A stretch of 64,000 nt of DNA from Guillardia theta CCMP2712. Its lineage: Eukaryota; Protista; Cryptophyta. Below are positions 21,001 through 26,200 of the stretch, piece after piece. Both the position numbers and the translations under genes were made by a program. Numbering within the stretch: the first letter of the stretch is position 1; every line of letters begins with the position of its first letter. The stretch spans positions 127,670 through 191,669 of the forward strand of contig NW_005434639.1 in assembly GCF_000315625.1 (NCBI RefSeq), given 5' to 3'. The notes under the pieces are model-generated. The model was given only the letters and a program-made list of their open reading frames with translations, was not told the DNA's origin and made no database searches.

Positions 21001-22381
21001 CGCCGACTGGCGTCAAGATATCAAGAGATCTTGAGACAACAGGGCCGTAGATAGCGTCCGTCGTCAGCTGGACTCCCTGGAAGTCCGATGGAAGGCCTGT
21101 TGTAGGGAGCGCAAAAGAGTTTTGAGAGCTCACAAAAATGTCACTGCGCAAGCCTGCCAAAACAAGGTACTTAGCAGTGAACACGAGAATGTTAGAATCT
21201 CGATGCCACTTGGCCTGATCAAACTGATCGTTCTGAGTTGTGATGCTTTGATTCTGGTCAGCTACTCGTCTTGAGAATCCTGGCAGATGAAGAGCAATGT
21301 GTTCTCCAGGAAGAATATCGCGATTGTGTATGAATTTCAAGGAAATAGAGACGATATCCCCGGCAAGAATAACATCTGGAGATTGGCCAGCGAACTGAAA
21401 CCTGTACTCCTCAAAGGATCCGATGGCAGGCGCAGCAGCGACAGTTGGAAAGACTGGACCTTGAGAGGCATTCGTTTCCACCAAGACCCTAGGATCATGC
21501 AACAATATTCCATCCTGACCTATCGCTATTCCCGCCGACTGTGGAACAAAGATCCTGCAATGCAGCAGCGCCGGCAGGAGAAAACTTGTAGAGGCAGGCA
21601 TATAAACGCTAAGAACGCTGCTCATACTCCAACTTGAGCGAAGTATAGTACTGACAGTCAGTAGACCTTGCGCGTTCGAACAATTCAATTCAACGAGGGA
21701 AAACTGAGATGTGTAACATGGATAACCTTTTTGACATGTGAAACTAGGAAATGAGACCCTGATCATATCATTCGCAATCATATTCATCTGGGCAATGAAC
21801 GAGACGTCTATCCCAACCATTCTTCCTGCAACCCTCTCCGTAAAATCAACCTTGAGGGTGTCCGTGAACGAACCAATCTGCAGCAGAGGTGTGTTCACAG
21901 GAACCGAGGGCCCGCCATTCTGCGCGTTTGTGTAGTAAGTACCGAAGGAGTTGATTCGAACTCCTTCCTTGGGAGCACTGATGCCCGATGTCGCTGGGAT
22001 CAGCACGCTGTAATCGCGACCATTGGCCGTTATTTGAGTGCATGTGAGGACAAGAGTGCTCTCTGCCTCTACCCAGTCCGCTTCTGCGAACTCTGCTGTG
22101 CCAAGCTGGATGGTCCCCGTGGAGTTGCGGAAGAAGTTAGGCAGCGTGACCCAGATCTTGTCTCCAGGGAGCAGACCGCCGCAACCAAAGCACATCTTGA
22201 ACTTCAAGGTGAAGTTCAATGGCTGCGCTGAATACGCTCGTGTATAATCGACGGTAAGGTATTGAATCGCTACTTGATCTCTGAGGCCGAAGAAAGAAAC
22301 TTCTGACGATTTCATCCCTACTCCACTTGAGGTGAACGCTTGAAATAGGACAAGGATGCCACTCAGAAGCCATCTCTTCAT
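1..22381 (-). CDS. Giant secreted/surface repeat protein, >=7,460 aa, 3'-partial (runs off left edge), apparently one exon
   Basis: ATG at 22381 reads MKRWLLSGILVLFQAFTSSGVG (signal-peptide-like), then ...GDKIWVTLPNF...W...GISAPKEGV...GSFTD. The same frame still reads repeat-like sequence at the left edge (FPLYEFDTIKLVLPF...GRWSDSQLTLTL). No minus-strand ORF listed in the track between 1 and 22421 is in this frame, as expected if it has no stop. Spot translations at about 0-1, 3.7-5.6, 12.4-13, 18.3-18.8 and 21.7-22.4 kb were all open. Example unit at about 12980-12582: VGVFNNPVLRFSPAYAGRFTTLTMSFVAGMGMLYGETVTLHLPGF...W...LTLPIDGV...ARSGPVIPT. Confidence 0.93.
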   Translation of the reverse strand, partial: MKRWLLSGILVLFQAFTSSGVGMKSSEVSFFGLRDQVAIQYLTVDYTRAYSAQPLNFTLKFKMCFGCGGLLPGDKIWVTLPNFFRNSTGTIQLGTAEFAEADWVEAESTLVLTCTQITANGRDYSVLIPATSGISAPKEGVRINSFGTYYTNAQNGGPSVPVNTPLLQIGSFTDTLKVDFTERVAGRMVGIDVSFIAQMNMIANDMIRVSFPSFTCQKGYPCYTSQFSLVELNCSNAQGLLTVSTILRSSWSMSSVLSVYMPASTSFLLPALLHCRIFVPQSAGIAIGQDGILLHDPRVLVETNASQGPVFPTVAAAPAIGSFEEYRFQFAGQSPDVILAGDIVSISLKFIHNRDILPGEHIALHLPGFSRRVADQNQSITTQNDQFDQAKWHRDSNILVFTAKYLVLAGLRSDIFVSSQNSFALPTTGLPSDFQGVQLTTDAIYGPVVSRSLDILTPVGAFSYTSMSYDNPTAGERVDIHFQFTPLMSIQEGELIEFYLPGFKGPEGIIPQSDVFDMGSVSDPRFYAAWSATYPDQRLVFVVNCGKVLEANRSVHAFISSTSGLTLPEKAISLNQQTFFISCNAKAGPVYSTPLWYVEPVGALLATSTYARLAYIPESPSAGSIVQLELVFSNGMKLVKGDVLSMQLPDFFAEYSLENNFERRSMIQIVVNTINYVYLSATWVQGSHEFSISFNEDIIEASNITIVIPESFGLHVPVNGLMANQATLRLFGSFEAGPVAPQSIKISPAVPLFDSIVASFDPPAIERDLSINISLHDVATSRPRNLVEQWRLKLSGLRRASSISAFTVVGQNIDVLGSSWNPLTSEVLLTVTISTASSFRYLYISSSQQLYVPFPGLAANSFSLSLDPTHGYPIQLPINSRAIGSLQTQPQIVFTSTVVAGSPAAFEISFTASMSLAPKDRIVLNLPGFFTPVGIFDLDIYQVTAGQNSLSLTVSVGKKIDPGVKQVVQFQSQLGILFPPDGLSALTSPTIEMIAVAGYLIPTALVSTATDGSFESTRMFFNNYNLVDSSADVIITFVPQMPMAANETISIRMPSFSQPQQAFAAVSNTSLAMTWLQSSRTLLLKLEQSLQRGELVKVEVPAGTGLTLPTEGVEKNWDGIQISAQLATSMVDWQPFKFVQAVGKFRNFTLDFHPRTPLAACKLDLQLESSINISIGDKVSVFLPNFTSSSSLTLSEMGTAAVQGIMTEGMNGTWDEVRGVLELVCERAAGCGRSVSESLDGILKLPGGGLEEADKRLEAMMRSSEGLVAIERESVIWSPAVPAQSSQMREKGATWVEERSKGILFNSDEIQMAGTAGKRRLLEVGGGQGFTSTRLDAYSLSGMVEVQFACLSNLSTGEEISVSMPNLFVGTSSALQDSSPLLSVKSFNVSLGRVVLRIDQDILASTLVHFKITGLVLSKVNQNYSPSISSAPRFQDQPFQNVRFFCSFSQSYPLVFASLVHYNARAGEPVELRFRVTFSDSQKHILRIHLPEISLQQATQNVTEFFLAGVYWTRIRWTEPSKVLEVFPYGVGSFQPEFAISTSYGFVLSRYGFRSIDRGIFILLDDCYRHVFDELPPVGSFNNETQVSFVDGVPGQPSRIIFNFSIAMSIQFEETIFVHIPKFLGKSSKVAYFNLSCSLDNSKSLVPSSVLWDPPFLNFTVLSDIPPSSRCLAVVEQEVNVVIPPGGVYIVDFITVATNAQDGPVLPTRVYNVLGVGRIEPVYLRYESTSSPETGLQILFSYSLPLKSGDALVLSLPGFLGEITHNVWVPGFGLASWNPLLGQLRLVLLNTAFDANTSVAIFVDSDAGIRLPLEGVSRNQPSLKIGVQSPVAYAVQVAFPESDGVGSFLNSPKLSYGNPTAGEVSSLILEFRPEMRILVDEHVGLILPGFTGGRDTFNVSSTPEGWFKVGRWYVNESRLLMTAAVVIPGPNETIQIVIPEAAEIRLRLKGLGANQQDLKILTNAIDGPIKGAIIPTSQAVGSFYEPVKKLPFLHVTYTALESPATIQFSFEPQMTIRAGEIINLTLTGFTANGNIYKFDPINDNANLYANWFNKDAVLQLVFIQDIPELSAQSLTVPSSFGIRLPPYGISTNDPRMRISCNAIYGPVPPIPIAYSNPIGVFTYKSISFDPPVAGSLVTLSVGFRLNQEIATNESVKMTWTYNRNVISECSQAFPSHPDVTVATAGNGSLYFPTALIKWSETQVVIEVLAAQVVQQDMVISFSIPSSSGIRLPKCGFNDHYDKFLIETNAKAGPANPSSMQVLNVGSFHHSVIRFDPPQIGQLASIDLAFFSSMALSKDSSLSLTLPGFQLDKADQGTAVTITATSSCCDGACQMVGQWRPLLFELQILFSSNPIVFSVDQLCNYHIQISRSELFRVSLEGLSENSSNVTLGTNSSYGKVVPLPIDKSPGIYKTGGIVESNLSFFLFGSSQLPSSNNPCGIQLSVRMKMLLVPGDIMTLRLPDFKNTTGFQPQRTCSTSKVRSLYWLEAESSLVLQVISEIEARELFIYSSCVEEQLILPEQGVRPNSVNITLSSNASAGPFPPLSLQQVTPIGALLNSSISFSPPYAAPVSRYASSPCCNDYTASCCTNYQEACNFRVNVTVKFIKYMSITPADKLLVQLCGFQRVVNCPAPPTNETSMFDLSWDAVQSQLTLIPKYTLYSTFMDFVVPSSFGLVLPLDGLYGRECLRIGTDAADGPVPLTSFPYKQRVGAFWNMSISFITSSPLATIGLTIRMRNKMPLVAKDVIVLYLPTFSGPNISCASAVGENGTLISSAWFRENSSVAFELVDSFPVDSTITIFLPSTAMIGIPKDGLSASSSIFLSTDAFFGPVLKTKIHYVPVIGWQGIFNHVSLRFGDQPSTHYPVPLLLSFSYNASLHYGDEIVLGLTRFSFPQSLVDTSTFTTEWSVRSDCSKGCGWQTVMYPIVGSALWDAANQTLTLKLVGDIEAGTEMSILIPSTAGMNLPQTGVGRQHNISIACKAQAGSTRSPFRVVDFYPVGGIDNPNITFDPLQADVYSRVLVSLDILMELNVYPDSTFVDKLLVTLTGFQGDDRCESFNATAVFPFSEACWNLTTHTLSLSVGSFIPKRTSLQFALGSNFVKLPVDGLIENYQALKISVSALDGNVLPTAFERSPAVGVFNNPVLRFSPAYAGRFTTLTMSFVAGMGMLYGETVTLHLPGFSAKPSSTTISTLSQRFAFVSWQAETSSLVFTVEYPFSKGEQIREILSSADLTLPIDGVYADSKLIRISSNARSGPVIPTPFVEGNFDPVGYFKFSRLHVAPPSTSLSVSLTISFISIVDLQPNAVVQLDLPGFTVSGAVSHHNETGPTVTSIQWNSQISRLSIVLGQVVYHDALTSIKFSAAQLIKIPAGGLAANEPSLKISCVQSVGAILPTSIMYSPGIGSNGKAVDVQLFFDQKGPIAGMISPMKIQFVANVSLFPSDTILLTLPGFSSASVNVSVLVVTDWYGGQSQETVASWMSAQSKLELNVPLELPASSLVTLSLLQGLILPQDGLPKDKIGLKLQASAVAGDIPVTDIGRWPAIGSVVSSLSFDPPRAGVSSSIIFHFTPSMTIYKDETLSLKLPGFRRSSQAQLDISPPSVFVNGSWSERDMEVRWRAAEDIAMYSALTLTIGVDQGIITPVDGIMTNDSAFTVSINASEGQVFSAPVSGVQGIGSLEQVSAFFFPKDRSMYLEISFAIKSRKVIFKDDSLILLLPFLGRASGNQQISLAGEDSASFQALWGTSSCGNGSQADQSCPCKYEEVKGFDQKFLTLSSLGNLPLGREVKLTITADSALMVDQVSMVWATSNNFLVGCSRYGDLEPINNLNLTGILSTSLNFGDKVSLSPVNFSISFESDISFDVNDTLRLHLPDFYSEGSCQDPRTLTISISGQSMKHALSACWANSTSELLMTFESHVRLLGNSSVFISSSVGMVIPQAGIRRLSCYTLQAFTSRYGNFSSCITHVVPIGNFLRSEVGFYGSVSSSSLLSGINSIGVVVQPTMTILRGESITITFYDFKNVSERADGVLPSNGTDWTVIWDENRGKMRLVANETISAFSVVVLTINVSVLIKVPIEGVRDGDTRFNINSDAQDGPVLSAPLTKIQAIGSFYNADPNKNVNIVFTPPVAYNSRSQVKTSLQASFTPTMKIAPGELVELFLPGFQATPSQFTVTSTNLRFIQASWQGSLSILSLTAQSSVVIGESVVVTVPQSVGFKIPEEGIARGKIYIKCNALDGPVPFSPVQYTPIGSFAGTSWLDYGNKRAGELSDLFFRFRASMKIFQDDFVRLSLPSFTLLPGQISVVDPQHYITRASWSTRLQILEFTVVQEIPANVSISLSVYHSESGLVLPVYGTNLNNGDIKISCTSSDGPILPTPVWQSPAVGTFLSSTTFQVIPGQVGVANVISFSFTPHLPIQQGDHVVLNLPLFERSEVYQDQIHSSEIVTVPEGFASGASWDLATNNMVLTLAKDVFQSNLKVEIKNFKLPARGLLTHTSSCGSLIDRSVLDTYLPNISTDAVLGPVLPIRIKQISPAGAFTTFGLTFAPLRAGHSVEITIVLTPTMPIESGSLFHIYLGGFNGGATSGNLVSTSNVPFSFIWDPSSEMLDLTANQCINQNVEVTLVVPESIGITLPQLGITLSAGKMNVSCSAPAAPIPPTPITDYTPVGFFYETSLRFDPPQIGSSPSITVSFVPTMNLQPNDNIVLRIPGLDGNDGASINVQVLEGPAGGINEASWSQTSPDYSFVLPVQTNIPAFTKLTLRIAQSSVTISSRGNGLNDQANTLASSATDGEVPISQAIPIEKSEEVKQYGSVNVSSIRFSKEPRAGMPTELSVVMAFDVLTYVDDSLLIKLPDFRLSNRSDLQALTLEDSERSITVSESTEGVEITFVNKVYRDPYFSFSFVIPDAAGILLPEKGVNEASFISLQGNLSAGEIQQVLFRDIQYIGYFKNNTALSYIEPMAPNSISQVPGNVQVRLELTSRLIPGDKISIILPGFSVLESPFPVIVSSSETQAVGSWNKTEEMLTFEFFADVPGNTIFTLTTNASIIMPHNGVTAGSRNFTIFSSAKYGPVPRIPPTFVTEYQLLGSFMDTTVLRFYPAKAADVSSLFFSFQAVMPLAPGELIVLKLPKFYGASVNGSVTATNGSITSASWENSTMQLIFTVDSEISAFFKVDVNISSSFGIIVPDDGIRLNQPNLGISTNAASGPVSKHPLTPFVSSQSIGSFLDSFVLSFNPPMAGAPVQISISFVPEMMLVVKDTITVYLPLFLGVSGPLCVGISSSDPARFERASWNQALESLTLTVSREISIHENISVIVPSSSGLMLPSTGLLGGIDIRQPRVAAIAVDGSIPIQPITYIQHFPRIGAFEYSHLAFDPERCSNNNISALELSFVVTMRIDEGEHVRLKLPLRGTFLESCSSCCIENFTSFSHGRVDLGDCTQPSDPGANGTGGNQSIVLPIFFVFNQSVGAREKITVRVPLPAGVYLMRDELDETSFQLSCNAKQGLILDSFPLVVSGLAPLQYPVSVRLNDSRVGYDAEVEIVMRFDVDLEPRSSVQLELHGLQRSDCNDTCQVPLAGLSAGLFSVDRVCDVTTRRTLLGCGWGIEDIADLQIADCASFLCPSYCPAPALSPTCPSESAYFSLDNPQQKVSLCQAGIGMSRCLKDGFALNAQRLDPSASCPDQIGGATAQSLSMYNSSSFLFEPYTSTVHEALWFPSNETLLLTVGRKSIPRGTLLKLYLSNFNTRIVGRSNFSTTTSLVYTSQVQCKDCRPFRHAASGPYVNNVTNSSITFNPINAGEAAAIIIAFVPAFDIVAQEYFLIHLPGFTGEAISQIAGLQGSSKDLVNIQWLPVLQRFNVTVRCGQVVKKDQLFHVEVPSSAALLLPFPGIRTRNVHEFTVTFYTSSIKPFPFYFDFVSTIGRFAYSSLHFSSPVANQSVDVIFSFTPGMDIGSGESVVFSLPEFAWEGDEVQTVSEGCEVNFSSWDPSVNEISFLVFSKIPSFQGCSIKLDRSSKFRLPTYGVPFNVFDFRVSTNSRDGAVRNARVDFVQPVGAVMESLIYFEPPIAGENVNISMQLKFSMPLFPGETFTVLLPSFQGSSLSPLSLHVEPAAKISTSSWNLTTSTLTFTVADSCAGPTILAGTRIFIKVLNASGLYLPESGVRRQQHGILITVNAAQGPVSSVSPALVRPVGSFFARLRLEERSPELRFTPTLPTTMTLFLQVPMELNNGETIRLDLPNFYSSSSEQRIIRVGSLPPEVVTSAMWDPVGQKLEFLIGANLSAHSSLTLEVLANQGLIPPKVGLEWNQSGFFISCNATDGPVLPIQVPRSNPVGMIYGSTSLDSAPYVTFEPRYAGAVANLFLRFVPTMKILEGELIILQLDSFGGDSNTNITLQFSPHLQNATWNLQTKTLVMIVSQRIDPLEVIEVVVGTDAGISLPVNGIRKQQNFTIASNAFYGPRTPVPIHVDTIGSILYGPTIRFETVLDPHLMRHLGKAGEAADIFVSLALSMDLAMRETITFPLPNFQGDSFVDFPVVSDRNLSFNVSWNASDSLIVVDSQDDVPAETLISFVLPRTLGLVIPVVGVRENQSNFWIAVASDDGPIYRSGLYSSTVYNISIAVQTEQTSFSNVFPVGSFVYPRLFLLPPVAGQYAALLMMIGVRMHIRAADEMFLEYSLIDFEAQNFTGACLYEDGTRAELVGTVDRARSLLTFVFSADVQIDTNVKIYVDPSARIKIPVGGMYPNQTSFKILTSAFNGPVPSTDLLFAQSVGIVMDTSLSYSPLIVNAVVEVEVKFTVTFDLIRGDRVFIYLHGFQRQDYSKQVEVAAAMQDVFHPDWITNCNSTGIALTVLNASVPSMQPIVVKFLWQNGIMLPHRPLRRDENVSTISVMSRNGNIPFTPILKNPPVGSFSDVSIVFSPRIYGSPTDINVSFTPNMDLSPGDVVVVKLAGFSGAVCHEFPVTSHPHKLFYHASWNPQEQTLSFNVSAAFTPVNDSSFASQNASWVFVSSSHCSIIVPKAGVGSNHTFTIRTDAKEGPVLERAILNYSFIGSVNFAGLLFLPPIAGETTTIKFVFSVNVNMNKGETILLRLQGLSGPSNSSLTLFSLPDRLFSEATWSQSLGTMRLVVNNTILPDQHVTVWIPSESGITLPATGFALNNAAFTVSFDATAGVIPYHQLVNSTQVPFAAVPIGLFSAPVCEVPVLRFELLNADRLVQLFIKICLRRPKSGYVISLILPGFVGPSLENLLISTPQPTTSFNMTWVYERSCTRVCMNNSWTNQTLAIDFPSCMPSTVLEYVSCSDTCEEHNELRLVYESAESASDMQVGLKHFDLMIPSSVGIVLPKTGIPAEWKEGAMFVYDDAMKKFAVPMRIEPLGNFMVRPEISLDAADDHSPIQLTLAFSLSFPLYEFDTIKLVLPFVTADDMQGIRVLVDGQDRMRGRWSDSQLTLTLMEGSFHTESCMQTTLFIPPENALY

Positions 22382-22756
22382 GATTATAGTGATCCTCTGC
22401 TATCCTCGACCCTTCATGCACTCCCTGCTCGCCTCACTAGCTCAATCATCGTCTCAAACTTACAGATCGCTCGTCTCATCAACATATCTTCTCCTCTCCG
22501 TCCTCCTCTTCCTGCGCTTCTTCCCTTTGCCTGCCTCCCCCACCATGGCATCTCCGCCATGGTCACTGAAAACGAAGGGACGTCCACCGGGTACCCCCAC
22601 CCACCCCCTCAAATCTTTCACCCCATAATATCCTCTTGGGTTCAGTATTGCCTGATACCACCGGTGGTTTGACTTGAGCTTTGGACCCCCTGTAAATTGT
22701 CAAAGGTTGTCATGGAGAAAATGAGTAGGAGCTCAAATGCGGATCTGGCAGTACCG

Positions 22757-23085
22757 AGGGAGGAAGGGAGGGGAAAGGGGAGGGGAAAGGGGAGGGGAGG
22801 AGAGGAGAGGAGGAGAAGGGAGGAAGGGAGGGAGGGAGGAGGAGTGGCGAGGAGGAGGGAAGGGAGGGTNNNNNNNNNNNNNNNNNNNNNNNNNNNNNNN
22901 NNNNNNNNNNNNNNNNNNNNNNNNNNNNNNNNNNNNNNNNNNNNNNNNNNNNNNNNNNNNNNNNNNNNNAGGGAACGAAGGGAGGAGAGGGGAGGGCGGG
23001 AGGGGAGGGGAGGGCGGGAGGAGAGGGAGGAAGGAGAGGGGAGGGAGGGGGGAGGGAAGGGTAAGAAGGAAGGGAGAGGGAAAGG
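22757..23085. repeat. Purine-rich (GGA/GGGA) low-complexity tract containing a 100-N assembly gap (22870-22969)
   Basis: Sequence is almost entirely G/A on both sides of the run of n. Confidence 0.9.
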
Positions 23086-23151
23086 TTAAGGTGAAGCTAA
23101 GGGCCTTACATCGTGCTAAGTGGAAGGTGGCTGTTGTGGAGGCAGTGAGGA

Positions 23152-23246
23152 CAGGAAGAGGAGGTTTGAAACTCTGATCTCATCATTTCAAATTACGCAG
23201 GAAGAGGAGGTTTGAAACTCTGATCTCATCATTTCAAATTACGCAG
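23152..23246. repeat. 46-bp tandem duplication spanning the stop codon of the WD40 gene
   Basis: caggaagaggaggtttgaaactctgatctcatcatttcaaattacg occurs at 23152 and again at 23198. Confidence 0.9.
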
Positions 23247-26200
23247 CCTCAGGATCTGCAAGTTCCCTGCATCATCTCCTACCGCCAGCATCTCGTTAGA
23301 CTTGGTGATGTCGAGGCTCGTAATCGCGTTCTCCAACTTCAGATAGCACTTGTCGAACCCCCGCAAGACGTCCCAGACCCTCACCGTCCCGTCTAGCGAT
23401 CCGGAAACAACATACCTGACGGGCAATCAGCAATGGGCAAGAGCGAAACTTGGTGCGAAGGCAGTCACCTGATGTTTCTTCCGATCCTAGACTTCTGCCT
23501 TCCTTGACTCACTTCACTCTCGAGCAGGAAACACTGCAGCCTTCTCAGCATCTTGCCGGAAACCCCACACAGAGTCACCTCGGATATCGATGCTCCATGT
23601 CCGATGAAGTACTGCAGCGGCGTGCCGTGGGTCGCATCCCAGAGGATCATCGTGCAATCCTCTGAGGCGCTCAGAATCACCTCCCCCGATCGATCCATCT
23701 TGCAGTTGATGATGGCGGCTTTGTGGCCCTCGCACACCATGACCTCCGTCCCCATGTCTGTCGACCACGGCATCCTGAAAGCAGCGAGATTGAGAGCATG
23801 AAAGAGGAGTGGAGGGGATGCGCTGAAGGGGAGAGGAGAAGTCACCTGCAGTCCCAGATGCGAACTTCCTTGTCGTCAGAGCCCGTCGCGATGAACCCGG
23901 TGTCCGAGATGCTGAGGCAGCGGACGGCGAGGGAATGGGAAGCGAAGGAGAACAACTGCAGGAGGAGGATTAAGAACGACTCGTGCATGCCGCAGCTCTG
24001 ACCTGATCCCCCGTTAGGATGTGAAAGATTCTTGCCGTCCGATCTGCTGAGCCTGCACAGACGAAGGGTCCAAAGGGCAGGAAAGCCAGGCAGAGCACGG
24101 CTCCTTCGAACGAGCGTATCCTGCAAGCACTAATCAAGAGCCGAGGCCTGTATCCTTCTCAACGAACCTCTTGCGCAGGAGCCCGCGGTCGGCGTGCCAG
24201 ATGGAGATCGACTTGTCGTACGAGCCTGACACGATCCACGAGCCGTCGAAGAAGTAGGCCAGGCAGGTGATCCTGAACGTGTGCGCCCGCAGTTCGTGCT
24301 TGACGGCCCCCTTTTTCACGTCGATGATGTAGACCACCGAGTCCTCGCAACCCACAGCGATCTCCTCCTCCGACGCGCTCCAGCTGCAGCAGAGGAGGTA
24401 CTGCTCCTTGGCCGCCCACAGCTCGAGCTTCTGCTTCAGGCTCATCTTAGTGAGCTTTCCTGAGTCTCGCTTGTACAGCTCCCTGCTCCTCGGGGAGTCA
24501 GGGTTGTATGTCAACTTCCATATGCACAGCGTTCGGTCGAGACTGCACGTGCACATGTGGATAGAGTCCTTGGTGAAGCTGATACCCTTGACCTCCTCCT
24601 CGTGGATCTGCTCGAAGGAATCTACGATGTAGTTCGAGACTTGCATCATCTCAAGGTAACCGTTGTCGTAGCCGATAGCGACGTACCTGGGAACAGCACG
24701 AGGAGAAGTCAAGAAAGTTCACAACTGTGCTCTCCCCTCACCTTCCGTTGGGTGTCGTTGCAAGCACCATCGCCTTCAGAACCTCCTTCTTGACCTTCTT
24801 CTGCACGGCGTTCAGCTCATGCAGCAGCGAGTAGCCCTCCTCGGGGGTCCAGAGCTTGTGAACCTCCTCATCCACCCCCCAGACGCGGACGAACTTGTCA
24901 CGGCCACTTGTCAGCAAGGAACGGCCGTCACAGCTGAAGGTCACGGCCAGCACCCCAGCTGTGTGTCCTCGCAGGACTTTCCCTCCGATGGCCCTCCTCA
25001 CGTTCCAGACACGGAGGGTCTTGTCCTTGCTCCCGGTGACGAGCCTGTTGGTCTTGGGGTTGTAGTCGACGGAGAGGACGGGCAGCTTGTGCCCGGACAG
25101 CAGGGAGAGCAAACTCCCGTGCTCCACGTCCCAGATTCGACAGCTGGTGTCGTTAGACACAGAAACAAGGAGGGGACTGTCCGGGACAAACATGATGCTG
25201 TTGACGTCTCCTGTATGCCCCGACCCAGTCGTCGGGCCAGTTCCCAGCATGTGCCTCAGCTCTCCACTGGCAGCCTCCCAGATCCCGATGCTAGCATCCG
25301 CAGAGGCTGTGGCCAGCAAGCTTCCGTCCTGAGAGAACTGAACCTGGACCACAGCTTTGATGTGCCCCTTGAGGTGGTGGAGAGTGAGGCAAGAGTTCAT
25401 GTTCAGCATGAAGCTGGAGTTGTCGTCTGACGCTGAAGCGATCACGCACGTGTCCATTGTGTCCGACCTCCCCCTCCTCTCTAGCCCGTGAACCTTCCAG
25501 CTGCTTTCCCCCGGGCTGATGGCGACTTGGGTGACCGGGCCGACATGGCCGACGATCTTGGCGAGCTCGGTGGTGGAGAGTACTTCAAACGCTCGGATCG
25601 TCTTGTCCATGGAGCAAGTGATGACCCTGGTCTCATCAGCTGAGAACTTGACGCAGTTGATCCTCTTGTCGTGCCCAACTTTGACCTTCCAGATCTTCAT
25701 GGCCCCATCCACACCGGCCGACACAGCTCTCAGGCAGTCATACGACAACAGGCACCTGGTACACCTGCCGTTGTGGCCTTGCGATGAGGTCCCGACGCTG
25801 TCGTCGCTGAACTGATCGATCTGCGAGCCGTCCGACGTGTCCCACAGCCTGACCGTCCCGTCGTCTGACGTGCTGATCACTTGCGGTCCTGTCATCCCCA
25901 TCGCACATCCGTTCACGTTCCCCTTGTGCCCTCTGAAGAAGTTGAGCACTACCCCTGTGTTGGACTCCCAAGTCCGGACTGACCCGTCCATGGACGAGCT
26001 TGCGAAGGTGTCATGCCCGTAACCCCCAAAGCTGCACGCCAAGATGCCGTCGTGGTGCCCGAAGAAGACCTGAATGCACTCATACGTGTCAATGTTCCAC
26101 AGCCTCAGCGTCCTGTCCAAGGAGGCAGACACGATGAACTGCCCGTCGTTGCTGACGTCACAGTCTGTCACTGAGCCCCTGTGCCCAGCCAAGATGGCCC

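Noticed and set aside
38-22247. Dozens of 60-295 aa plus-strand ORFs and short minus-strand ORFs in the track
   Set aside because: They are antisense or off-frame shadows of the giant minus-strand ORF and carry no motifs of their own.
23152-23246. Direct repeats as a possible CRISPR array
   Set aside because: Only two adjacent copies, no spacer, no cas genes, eukaryotic context.
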